NCBI RefSeq assembly: GCF_030684315.1
Contig: NC_081379.1
Span: 16,584,637 to 16,648,636 of the forward strand
Direction: 5' to 3'
Length of the DNA: 64,000 nucleotides
Source: Stegostoma tigrinum
Lineage: Eukaryota
A program made the position numbers and the translations under genes. How positions within the stretch are numbered: position 1 is the stretch's first letter; each line of letters begins with the position of its first letter. Below the pieces are notes generated by a model. The model worked only from the letters and a program-made list of their open reading frames with translations, was not told the DNA's origin and ran no database searches. Shown in pieces: positions 35,988-48,999 of this stretch.

Positions 35988-37164
35988 GTAAGTATCTTAG
36001 AAATGAATATTGCTATAGACATTGGCGTATGAGTCAACCTGTGTAACCTTTAAAAATCGCTCCAAAAGCTGGGATTGATTTAAACATGGAGTATGAAATG
36101 TGAACCAGAGTGTCGATATACCTAGCTGCAATTTTGAATTAAGAAAGAAATTCACAGCACTAGTAATTCATGTTAAATTAATACAGCATGCTTTATTGAA
36201 TAAACTACAATGAAACCATTTTAAAACCCGTCAAATTTATTGTCTTTGGCACCTGTTACATAGAAAAACAGAAAATAGGAGAAGGAATAGGCTGTTCTTC
36301 CCTTTGTGTCTGCTCTGCACTCAAAATAATCACACTAATCATCTAGCTCAGTTCTCTATTCCTGCTTTCTCCCTATAATCTTTGTTCTCTTCAGCTCTAA
36401 GAACTATATCTAACTCCTTCTTGAAAACAGTCAACATTTTGGCCTCAACCACTTTCTGTGCAGAGATGCAGAGTCCACTGAATTCATTCTGAGTCACTTT
36501 GGCACCAGAATCATTTGAAAGATTCCACTCTGAACCAAACCATGTGGGTGAGCCTTAAATGGCTGTGCATCTTCTTCACAAAACAGCTCGTAACACCTGC
36601 TCACTGCTTCATGAGGTAAAATACGCACTTACAGGGTGAGAAAACAGGACCCAATATGAATGCAAATATGGCATGTTGTAACTACAAAGGAGGATCAACT
36701 TACACTTGGAGTACATGCAAAAATATGATTTTTGGAGGTGGAAAAAATTGGGTTGTTTCACACCAGGTTGAAGTGTACACCACAATCCACAATAGTTGTA
36801 AGTGTTTCTCCCTGCTTCCTCCACCAATGACTCATTGATAAGTATGCCAGTAGATTTACTAAACCTTCCCCATTGAAGGAATGTATGCCTTAATAAGATA
36901 ACATATTCAGACTCAACTATGATATTCCCTTAAATCAATAGATTTCTGACAATCATCGTTGGTACTTGGAGGAAGGGCAGCTAAACCTGTAGAATATAAC
37001 CTTAGCATGATGCAGGGAGAAATGGGTTTTCTTTTAACTTAATTTAGTAATGTGTTTTTGCTCAATGCACCAAGGCACAGATTCCAAACTGGAGGACTAT
37101 ACAACAACATCCTTTCAGATCTCTAATGAATGTGTAAAACAGTAAGAGGAATGGACCAGAATTT

Positions 37165-38110
37165 TTTAAATTCACCATTGAATATGGATGTCACTTGATG
37201 TGTCAGCATTTAATGTCCATCCCTAGTTGTCCTTGGGAAAGTGGTATTGAGCTATCTTCTTGAACCGCTGCAATCCATTTGCTGTAAGTAGACCTAACAT
37301 TTCCTCAAAGCTGTGTTAGGTTCCCCCGAAGATCCTCACAGGTCGATCGGCATACCAATGATTTGCCTTCCAGTTTTGGACATAGTTTCTGAGCACAGAG
37401 CTCAAAAGTCTGCACACCAAAAAATAAGCAGAGGGAATATTGTGCAGACCCACATTGCAATTAGGAAGGTGTTCAGGATTTTAACACAGCGACAGTGACA
37501 TTGAAGGAATGATGATGTTTCCAAGTTAGCATGGTGAGTGACTTGGAGGGGAACTTGCAGGTGATGTACCTATCTAACTGTTGCCTTTGTCCTTGGAAAA
37601 TAGTGATCATGGGTTTGAAAGGTGCTGTCTCAGGATCCTTGGTGAGTTTTTGCAGTGCACCTTGTAGGTGGTGTATGCTGCCACTTCTGAGAGCTGACAA
37701 TGGAAGGATTTAGTGTCGATCAAGTGTGTTACTTTGCTTTGGGTGAAGTGAAGCCATGTGAGTATTTTTAGAACTGTACTCATCCAGGCAAGTGTGTGTA
37801 TTCCATCACATATATGACTTGTAGACTGTGGAGAGACTTTGGAAAATCAGGAGGTGAATTACTTACTGCAGGATTCTGAGTCACTAACCTGGTCATTTAG
37901 ACACAGTATTTATGTGGCAAAGTCGAGTTTACTTTCTGGTCAATGGTAACCTTCAGGATGTTGATAGTAGAGGTATCTGCAATGGTAATGAAACTGAATG
38001 CCAATAGGCAATGTAACTCTCTAAGTCGGAAATGATCATTGTCTGGCACTTGTATGTTTTGAATGTACTTCCTACTTGCCCGCCAACCTTGATACAGGCC
38101 AGGTCTTACA
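37165..38110 (-). mobile_element. LINE 3' fragment (CR1/L2 clade, tail shared with the Deu-like SINE); related fragment at 12570-12840
   Basis: INILKVTIDQKVN on the minus strand; the 3' end resembles the SINE tail gggcaactaggggatggaca. Confidence 0.6.
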
Positions 38111-41100
38111 GCATTTTTATCATAGAATCCCAACAGTATGGAAACAGGCCCTTTGGCCCAAAACATCCACACCAATCCTCAGAGCATCCCACTCAGACCC
38201 ATTTCCTTACAACTCACCTAATCTAGTCTGCTTCAAAATTATTCAGAAACCAAGGTAATCTATTCTTATGTTAGGAAATGTAAGCTTCTCATCAGTGGAG
38301 GCAAACAAAACAGGATGCATGGAGCATTTTATTACCTCTGTAAATTTTAGGCATTAAGAAAATATCCATAAAAGTGCACAATATGACAATAACATGAAAT
38401 CCCCTTGTATAAAAATTCAGAATGTACAAGCTAATTCCACTTGCACCAACTGTCAACTGACAAAACAAGCTCATCTCTTAATATTAATGTACTTTCTAAA
38501 TATAAAATAGGTTTCTCATGAAGTTTAGCACTCACTCATAAAATATCTAATTTAAGACAAATTCAGTTTACAGTGTTTCAATAGAAACAAGGGTAATTTT
38601 GATGAAACAGAAAATGCTTGAAATATCTGAAATCAGCAACTGAAAGATAAAATTGTGTTGTTTTGGCCATTTAGCTTTGTTAACAGCCTCTTCTTTAATT
38701 AAAAAATCTGGCCTTCTGGATGTCTGTCTATCTAAAGCAATCAGTTTGTATTGTGTGAATTTATAATTGATTCCAGTTGTTTGTTGTAAAAGGAAATATA
38801 TTGTACTTGAGTAGTGGTGAAAGAAAACATATTTTGTCAAAGCATTTTGTCTTGCACTCAACAGAATGCTCATAGGAATACCACAGTCAAGAGGAACAAC
38901 GCTTTATAAAGAAGAGAGTATTGATTTGATGGCATTGTAGGGGACTTGTCATGGAGAATGTACCAGTTGAATGATAGCTGACAGTTAATTGTTAAGTTTC
39001 ATTTAAATCATAAACCAGGCTGGTTGACTCTGACTGGTCAAAGCATTTCCCTGAGGAATGAATCAAAAGATGGCTGTCACCAATTTTATCAAGTTTTAAG
39101 ACATGCAGGGTGTGTACGTGTTCTTTCTGTCTGCAAAGATAAGGACACCATGTGTAAGTATATACTTGAAGCTTCCAGTACTTGCAAGCCTGACTGGCAA
39201 CCAATTTCAGATTGTCAATGTAATTCTTCGAGCACTCAAGATTATTTAGCAAATGTTACCCAATTGCAGATTCAGATGTAATGTTGGGCAAGATGCACTG
39301 AGTTTTTCAAGCATTGACTGACTGGCTATCCTTCGTATATTTACTTTTGCAAGCAGCCACGGGGATACAATTGAACATTTAATACAGTCAACCAGTCTTT
39401 GGGACATATTGTCTACAAAACTAGAGTCACTAAAATTTATTCTTGTGTGTGTAGCCAGAACATAACTCACATTGTTACTGTGTAGCAGCAATATGGAATA
39501 GCCTGTTTATCAAATGCTTTTTGAGATCCCTGTCATGGTAATCAGAGGTAGATTGTGCACTTATCAGAATTGAATGTGGCATCCTTAGGCCCATTCATCA
39601 GTTTGCATGACATGCAGCAAGAAATGATGTAATCGGGGTAACCATTATTTCACAAGGGTCTAGGCCTGAAACGTCAGCTTTTGTGCTCCTGAGATGCTGC
39701 TTGGGCTGCTGTCTTCATCCAGCTTCACACTTTGTTATCATTATTTCACAAGATCATTTTTATGTGTCCTATTTCAGTATGATGAGCAAATGGCTTGGGA
39801 TTTATTTACAAGGTTGCTGATTCAGCCAAATTTATAATATGAGTGTGGAACTAAGAATACCAAAGTCTACATTGATGTGAGAATAGGTTTACAGTAGACA
39901 GTAATAGAAAGCCCTCTAGTAGATTTCACAAAAGAGACTGCAAAAGTCTTGAAACTCTCCAAAATATGAGCAACAGCATGGTACACCTGCATGTCCTGGA
40001 AAGTGCACATATTAACACACTGGGTGCTATTCTTTGCTGACAGAAAGATCATGTGCACGCATTGTACCTGCTTCAATTTAACAAAATAAGTTACAGCCAT
40101 TCTCTGGTTCATTCTTCAGGGCAATGCCTTGACCAATCTGAGTTAATCAGTCTGGTTTAATTTATACTGCCAATCATCAACTAACTAGTACATTGTTAAT
40201 GGCAATGCCCCGACCAGTCGGAGTTCACTTGCATGAATCAGCAACCTATTCTTTTCCGGAATACAATGTTTTCCCTATGTGCATTCTTGCGAATGTTTTA
40301 ATGTGCCCAAAATGAAGAGACTCAAGAAAATGTGTACTTTTTCACCAAATATAAAGTACTACCAAATAATTATTTGTATACGTGCATCCCAGTTTTACAA
40401 TTCAACCCAACTGAGATTCATCCCAATCCTGATTGACGGATTAAACTGGATGGCAACCACAAAGTAGAAATGATCTATTATGTGAAGAGGAAGAATATCC
40501 AGGACTACAGGGAAAAGGTTATACCAAAGCACTTTAGGTAAATTGTTCCTTTGGGGAGTCAGTGTTGAACATGACAGGCCTCCTTGCTGTAACTGTATTA
40601 CAATTCAGTATTAGCCTTTGGAAAATTGGAATGCAGATTCACCAGAATGTTAAATGTTTGGGAAAGATTATGTGCATAAGTTTAAATTCTTTGGCCTATT
40701 TAACATGGGGACGATTTGAGTATGGGTTTTAGGATTATGAAAGGAAGTCATTGTGTAGACCGAAAGAAACTGTTTCCATTGCTGGAGTGCAGAACTAAAA
40801 GTAACTGCAAAATAAAAGGCAAGAAAATCATGAGAGAAGTTAGGAAACATATTTGATGCAAACTTGTTAGATACATGGATCTATTTCCTACAAAACAAAT
40901 CAGTAGACGTTAGCACAAATTTAAATCACATCTAGCAAAAGATTTTTGCTAAGCAAAAGGATTATGGTGCCAAATGGGTTGATGATGTAAGATACTGACC
41001 AGTTGTGATTTCAGTGAATGATTGAAAAGACTTGTGGGGCCACATTTGTTTTGCGTGTTCCTCATGACTTAAGTATTATTTAAAGTTACTGGTGATTATT

Positions 41101-41142
41101 GTGCATCAGCTCCTGATCTGCCTTTTGGATTTTTACCTGCAG

Positions 41143-41442
41143 CTGCCAGAGTTGGCTGGATTTTGGTTGCTATCCTTTACAATCCAGCTACCTATTATTC
41201 TGTTCCTCCTCACTGATCAGTCTGTCATCATTTTACCCCTGGAGCAGACTGTTCATATTCTCTACTTCACTTTCCTGGTTTTTGAATTGGTTGTGGGATT
41301 CCAGGCCCTAAGACAAATGACAAACCACTTTGCTACGCGCTTCTGCCTCCAGCAGTTTCAAAAGCCAGAACATTCACAACAGTGCAAAAGGAAACAAGGA
41401 ACAGGTATTCGACATGGGAAGAACTCTGTTTCCAATGTTTAA
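41143..41442 (+). CDS. TMEM17: TMEM17 terminal exon 4
   Basis: ttttacctgcag|CTG. Encodes LPELAGFWLLSFTIQLPIILFLLTDQSVIILPLEQTVHILYFTFLVFELVVGFQALRQMTNHFATRFCLQQF...-TAA. The spliced CDS is 211 aa. Confidence 0.95.
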   Translation: MPELAGFWLLSFTIQLPIILFLLTDQSVIILPLEQTVHILYFTFLVFELVVGFQALRQMTNHFATRFCLQQFQKPEHSQQCKRKQGTGIRHGKNSVSNV

Positions 41443-44400
41443 TGAAGCAAGGACTTCCATGTGTACCGAAGCTCCTAACCATGTTAAAGCATGCAAGTCG
41501 CTACATTATTTCTGTGAACTTATCCCATTGTAAATGCTAAGACCTCTGTTCTGTTGTTGTGAGGTGACAGCTGTGTTAAAGAATTGATGTTTGCTTCAGC
41601 ATAATTCAGACATTGAGTAGGACTTAGGAACGCTTCAAATATTTATGTGTTCTACCGACAGGAAACTGACACAATACTCTTATTTAAAATAATGTCAATC
41701 TTTGTGAAAATTGAGTTGCTTGTGTTGTTTGTGTATGGCTGTACTTATTGCATGTTGAAAACATTTTTTTTTCAGTTCCCTAACAAAAACAGAAGTTGAT
41801 GAAAAAGCTCAACAGGTCTGGCAGCATCTGTGAAGAGGAATCAGAGTTAATGTTTTGGGGCCAGTGAGGAAGGTTCACCAGACCCAAAAATTAACTCTGG
41901 TTTCTCTTTGCATGTGCTGCCAGACCTGTTGAGCTTTTTCATCAACTTCTGTTTTTGTTTCTGATTTGCAGCATCTGCAGTTCTTTTGGTTTTTGTTGTG
42001 GTCTGCTCTCTTGTCTCACCTTTCTGTGCCCTTCCAGACAGCTACTCAAGTGTCTAAAAGATTGCCAGCCTAATTTGAACCTGACCTTTGCTAACACACA
42101 CATTTTCTAGATTAACTCATAGAACAGCATTTAGCAATAAGTACCCTCATTAATTTTTGAAAAATTTCCTAGCACAGGAGCATTAGGCTAGCCTCTTGGT
42201 TTCTGTTTTCACTGCCTCTAACCTAGACCCCCTGCATAGAAGTTTTTCATCAGATCAATGGTAGGCAGAGACATAAAACAATTTGAGGACTGTGCTCCAA
42301 CTTGCCTATTGCTTTCCACTGTCTGGTTTCAATTGCATTACTTGTGCCTTCCCACCAGACATACACAGGAGAAGAACATGGCGCCTGCTCTGTTACCCAC
42401 TATTTTCACTCCAAGCAAAGTATCTACAGTTTTTGGGTGACAGTTCAGAGAAGCTCAAAGTGGAGGTCTGTGCAAGAATTTAAGAGTTTTGCTATATATA
42501 GGCCCTACTGTGAAAATGTTTTATTACAAACAACATAATAAGTACCTTTATGCCACACAACAATATATTTCAACTTCAGAGTAGCACCTGGTCATTCAAG
42601 CTTCTGATGTTCCTTGATAGAAATCCTCACATTTACTGAATACATGCACCTGCTAATAACAGATTGCTTCTTTGAAGTAAGATGCCACACCATGAATGAA
42701 AATCTGAAGTCAAATGCCATCCACTTTAAATAAATTCCTATACTGTTTTATTCCCTGCTTCCCAGATTTTTTAAGATCTATACAGGAACTATGTAGAAGC
42801 TATTCAATTACAGGTACATAAAAAACTTCAGAAAAAAACATATAGTATTTTCATTTTTCAAAGTTGTCTGCTCAGAACCTATTCCTTTTGCTTGTTCAGA
42901 TTCTGTATAAACACACACATACACACAATGAAAACACAAACACACGTTTTACACATCTGTATCTAGTATGGACAGGTGCAACAGAGTAACATTTTCCCGT
43001 TTCTCCACATTTCTTGGTTGTCCACCAAATGAAGTATTTTAGAAGGAACATTTTAAACCCAGTTGAGTGTTATGATTTTCATTAATGGACACAAAGCCAA
43101 ATTTCAGGGAAATTTAAATCAGATGAATGGATGATGTTAGTACACACAAGCCTCCAGAATTTAAACACAGAGCACAGTCACTCCTTCATGCACACACACA
43201 CACATGGAAGTATAGATTCCAGATACAAAGCATGAATTTAGGTCATTAACAGAAAAGACAAACTGTACAAGTGAATCTCTCTCTCTACTGCTTGGCTTGA
43301 CTGATTGTTCAAGGAAGGTTCCAGTCTTCTGAAGAAGTTCTGAAAATGAGTCATGCTGGACTCAAAACATTAATTCTGTTTTTCTCTACAGATGCTGCCA
43401 GATCAGTTGAGTTTCTCTGACATTCTTCGTGTTTGTTCCACCCTGCTTGTTGTCCCCTTTGTTCCATTGGTTTCCGGATTGACTTGACTCTTGCTGGTTC
43501 TTGGAGTAAAATAAAATTTGATATCTGAAGATAGTTTTGATCGTGGCTCTGTGTGATCAATACTTCTTTTGTTCACGCAAAGTATTCAAAATGAGAACCC
43601 GTTGCAACACAATGGGGAATGAATTGTGGCTGTTCACACCTGCTTTTGATAAGCTTGTTTCCCAGCATATCCCTTTGTTAAGCATTGAGTTCACAGACAG
43701 AATCTGGGGTGTGGGGTTAGGAGCATTGATTATGATTATTAAAGGGTTGGATCATAAATGGTTTTGCGTTTTGATTTTTTTTGAAGGGAAGGCATTCACA
43801 ATTTAAGAATTTTCCTAAGATTTGGGTTCAATCTTTGTGCAGAAATCTCAAAAACTCACCTGACTTTCAGAAGTTATCTTTTGCAGCACATTATCCACTT
43901 TTCAAGCTAATTTCAAAGAGTTTACCATACATAAAGGTTAGGAATAACATATCTGTACTGTACATGAAAGAAAATCATACTAACTGAACCAACCTTAACT
44001 TGAAACCTTTACCATAAAGTGAAAATGATATAGTCTAGGCTGCATGCTGAGACAGGTTCATCAAATGCACAGGCTATTAAATAGAAATTGAAATTACAGT
44101 TTTCTGGAGGAGAATATGGATAGTAATCACAATAGTTAAATGTTGTGAGTCAACTATTTGCTTCATGGTCCCATTTAAATTAAACATTTTCTGTTGACAT
44201 TTGAATGCTGTCAGATATTTAAAAGAGTGCAAGAAATGTAACATGTTGTAATTAGTAAGTTATAGAAATAACTGTAAGCAATAAACTTAATGTGTAAGAA
44301 GTGATCTGAGTAACTCAGAATGTAAACATGGCAAAACTTTTTTTCAAAACTTTCTTTGAAAGTCTTTCAGTGGCCAGTAGGTGGAGTACTCTTGTCCAAA

Positions 44401-44899
44401 GTCTCCTTTATTGAGAGGACAAGTTGCAGATACTTGACCCAGATTTGAAACGCTGAGAACATGCAGATAACAATCTTTCCCACAGTAAAGTTACACAGGT
44501 AACTTCCAAAATTCAGTCAGTCAGATGTCAATTTTCATATAACTTCTAGAATTATATAAACTATGGAGGAACTTCTGAGTCAGGGCAATAGGATGAAACT
44601 TATTTCATGCAGGGAATTTTAGAATAAAAGAAAAGTTCACTCGTTAAATTGTCTACAATAATGTTGGTAATCCATGAAGGTCAACAAAGATTGGCATTTC
44701 AACATAAAAATTACATTCAGACACTGCAACATGACACCTACAGTCAGACACTTCAGTTAAACAACTGCAGTCAGGTGCTTATCTGAAACACATCCAGTCA
44801 AACACTTCATTGTGGTATGTGCTTCCTGACAAAATAATACCTTTTCATCCCTTACCTTTCTTGTAGCGCACACTAGGGCAGTACTGAATCAGCTGACCG

Positions 44900-45395
44900 A
44901 AATGTCAGCATTTGTGCTCCTAAGATGCTGCTTGGCCTGCTGTGTTCATCCAGCTCCACAGTTTGTTATCTCAGCTGACCACCTGAAGGTTGCAGGAAAA
45001 GCAACTCATATTCCTCTTGGGAACCCTGCAGCCCAATGGTACCTATGTGGACTTCACAAGCTTCAAAGTCTCCACTCCCCCTACTGCATCCCAAAACTAG
45101 CCCAGCTCGTCCCTGCCTCCCTAATCTGTCCTTCCTCTCACTATCCCCTCCTCCCACCTCAAACCCCAACCCCACCCCACCCCCATCTCCAACCTACACG
45201 TCTTTGACCTGTCTGTCTCCTCTCACCCTAACTTCTCCTCTATCCATCTTCCATCTGCCTCTCCCTACTTATTTCAGCATCCCCTTCCCCTCCCCCATTT
45301 CTGAAGGAGGGTCTAGGCCCAAAACGTCAGCTTTCCTGCTCCTCAGCTGCTGCTTGGCCTGCTGTGTTCATCCAGCTCTGCACCTTGTTATCTCA
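44900..45395 (+). mobile_element. Penelope family A 3' fragment with duplicated terminal repeat
   Basis: Same sequence family as 13710-14345. gctgcttggcctgctgtgttcatccagctc occurs at both ends. Confidence 0.8.
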
Positions 45396-45803
45396 GCTGC
45401 CCACTGTACACTAGTTTGATTTTCTTCTACAGTGAAATCAAAATTGGGCAGAAGGTAAATTGGCTGTTGTGTTTTTCACACCGAACTTCAAACAATCTTC
45501 ATTCTTTTGAGTATCTTCAGAGTTGCTCAACAACATCATGATGTACACAGATATTAAAGGATTTATGTATGGCGTTCACTTATCATGATTACATTAATTC
45601 CTCTCACATTTTAGGCGTCTTACAATACCACATTCCCAGGTACATCGTAAATACAACCATGTGAGGCCTGCTGATATAAAATAACAGCTTTGCTGTTAAC
45701 ACATGTCTGCCACATGTTCGATACGATACACTAGGCGACACCCGGATCAAGAGTGAGCTGGGGCGAGAGCGGGCCAGTGGAGCAGCCAAGAGTGGGACGC
45801 TAC

Positions 45804-46319
45804 CGGTGGCATGGCATTGGCTGGAAATCCCGGAGCAGGATTCTGGCGGTGGCATGGTGTGGGCTGGAAATCCCGGAGCAGGATTCTGGCGGTGGCATGG
45901 CGTGGGCTGGAAATCCCGGAGCAGGATTCTAGCGGTGGCATGGCGTGGGCTGGAAAGCTCGGAGCAGGACTCCAGCGGTGGCATGGTGTGGGCTGGAAAT
46001 CCCGGAGCAGGATTATGGCGGTGGCATGGTGTGGGCTGGAAATCCCGGAGCAGGATTCTGGCGGTGGCATGGTGTGGGCTGGAAAGCCCGGAGCAGGACT
46101 CCAGCAGTGGCATGGCATTGGCTGGAAATCCCGGAGCAGGATTCTAGTGGTGGCATGGCATGGGCTGGAAAGCCCGGAGCAGGACTCCAGCGGTGGCAAG
46201 GCATTGGCTGGAAAGCCCGGAGCAGGACTCCAGCGGTGGCATGGTGTGGGCTGGAAATCCCGGAGCAGGACACCGGCGGAGGCGAAGAGAGGGTTGGAAA
46301 GCCTGGAGCAAGATAATGA
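45804..46319. repeat. GC-rich minisatellite, 43-bp unit, 11 good copies plus 1 degenerate
   Basis: Unit cggtggcatggtgtgggctggaaatcccggagcaggattctgg at 45804, 45847, ... 46234, with a degenerate copy at 46277. ORFs in both directions show 43-aa (3 x 43 bp) periodicity. Confidence 0.95.
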
Positions 46320-48329
46320 AAGTTGGACTTTCTTAAGATTTTTAAAAATCTTATTCTAAGTTAATGTGAATGTTGTACAGCGAAAGTACACACTTTTCAC
46401 TGTATTTTTACATTAAATACACGTGACAGTAAATGATTCAATTCACTTTGCTACACTCGCTGATCGCCTCGGAGTCTCGAAGTTACTGTTACAATTCCCT
46501 CTGATTAGCTTGAGAGATGTGAAGTAGATTGAACCACATGAACTTGCTAATTGTGAACAGTGATCTTAAATGAGACTGGCAGGAAAACATTCCAACTCTG
46601 CTCCTAGCCCGAGACAACCAAATTTTTTTATAGGAGGTTTGACAGACACTATGAACTGCAATCTTTAAAGGCAAAAATTCTGATGAGCAGACATATTTGA
46701 CTTTGGCATATTATGCTGTCGCCTCTCCATGCAGTCAAACTTTGACAGTAGTGTCTTCAACTGACAAGGTCTGTGCTCTGAAACGCTCTCCCTAAATCTT
46801 TCTCCATTGCAACCATTCTGCCTGTCATACCTACCTGTGTGTTTTTGACCTCCCTAATTCTTTTACAGCTGCCACATTCCCATTTCCTGTATTTTTCTTC
46901 TGTGGTGCACCTTGGAACATTTACTGCTTCGAAGATGTCTGGTTTTCAAACTAGGGTTGGAAACTCAATGCTGGGATAATTTCCAGATCCTGGCTCAATG
47001 CAGTGACACACATAAATGTTATTTTTAAAGATACATTGAACAAATGAATTAGAAGTGTTAGTAATCTATTTGGCCCTTGAACCTGCTTCACTATTCAACA
47101 AGATCTGATTGTAAAGTTGTATCCGCAATACTATAAAGCTCTGATTACTTGCCATCAGCTTGCTTAAAAAGAAAAAATGACCTAATATTAACAAAGGCAC
47201 GCTTGATATCTGACTTGTGATGTTAAGCAGTCCCAAGAGGTAGGAGCTGCTTGTAGTTAACGGGAGGCAAAAGCTGTTGACAGCCACGATGAGGTCTGCC
47301 ACTCAGAAAATGGCAGACAGATTTTGTATTTTCATTCTTGGGCCTGGGGTTTCTGGGAGTTGTAATAATTCATGACACCCACTCAACACCCCATTCTATT
47401 ACCGCTAAGACATCAATTCATCCAAAATCCACCATGAGCAGACCTCATGATGCATGCTGAAATGAAATAAAATACATTTCTTAAGTGTGTAACTTCCTCT
47501 AATCTAATGTAAAATCTAACACTAGAATTTATTGTCCATATTCAAAGAGTGTAAATGGAGATATTAGTAAAACTGATAAAGGACCTTGAAAGATTATGAA
47601 ATCAGTCAAGCAACACTAACCCACTAATGTTAATGCTCAGACTTATGTGAACAGAGTGAAACAGCAAGCAATGATTTTTTAAAGCTCCTTTTTTGCCAAA
47701 TATTTAAAGAAAATTCATAGTTGCTTTAGGCATTCACATTCCACACTATTGACAGTTTCTTTTGTCAGCTGTCATGACAGTTCCAATCAACACCTTCAGT
47801 TATACTCTTAACAATCTAAATGGCCATGTTTCCTCCCCAAAAGAGCACTTGCTCCCTCCCAACACCTGACTCCCTCCAAAAGTGTCCAGAGACCAAAAAG
47901 GTTCTTCACCTATCCTGGGGTAGAACTTCTGGATTTCAACCTCAAGCACCATTTGTGCAATTACAGAGTGACTTACTATGATTGTGAAAATTCAGGCCTA
48001 TATATTGATTTAATTTGATCACTGTTATCTAATTTGCCAGGTCACTGTATTAATCATAGAATTATGTTTGAAATTTTTCCATATATGTTTTAAAATTTAC
48101 CTTTTATTCATATAAATTCATGCACAAATACTTAAGGACTTGAAATATGTAGTAGCTTATGGCGGCTTCAAAACATTGTGAAAATGGGAGAAGGAATGGT
48201 CCACTCAGGCAGGCATCACTGGCATTTTTCATTCACTTGTGGGAATGTGAGTAACACTGTTTCTTCATCACACAGTCATTGCAAATGCAGTATCTGTAGA
48301 CAGAAACAGATGGTTAGTGTTTCAGGGTG

Positions 48330-48620
48330 ATGCTCAGACCATCATGCAGACCCAGACTCTCTGCACCTTCACACACCGCCTTTGAGATGCTGTGATGAAG
48401 AGACCATTACACATCTTCTCTTGGATTGTGACTTTGCAGAGAGAGTCTGAGAGAGATGCTGTGGCTTTTGGTGACATTGGACCCACGAAGCTCCATGTCA
48501 CAGCACTCTGTGCTCTGTAGGCTGATCCTTGGGACTGCACACCAAGATACACATCAACTGCATTTCAAGGACCATCAGCATGATGAAAGACACTCTTTAG
48601 ACTGCCTGAAATTCTTTGGT
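48330..48620 (+). mobile_element. Tx1/L1-like LINE ORF2 C-terminal zinc-knuckle fragment
   Basis: C.EETITHLLLDCDFAERV, the CxxxETxxHLLxxC motif. Confidence 0.55.
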
Positions 48621-48999
48621 CTTCCAGAATTGCCCATGACCAAGTGTTGCAGACTAGGATATTCCAAAATCTGAGATCACACGCTTGACAGACCAACTAT
48701 TGATAGGTGCAGCAGCTATGGAGTTTGGGGGATCCACCATCTGAGACATTTCTGCCATGCTGTACCCAGGATCTGTTAACTTATGGAACACCTCAAAGCT
48801 TGTATTGGAATGTAAACAATTTCTTGTCATATTTAGCATATTTTCCAATTTGGAATATGGAGACAGCAATGCTCAAATGAGAAATGTGACATTTTTATTG
48901 TATTTTCTGTAATGTCCACTCAGACTGTTTTGTAATGTAGTCATTTATGAACAAAAGTATATTTTTGAAAACAAAATCGGCAGTAAATCGCTGGCCCCA

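Noticed and set aside
45604-46359. Six overlapping repetitive ORFs / CRISPR-like periodic array
   Set aside because: Products of a 43-bp tandem minisatellite with no unique spacers, in a eukaryotic context.
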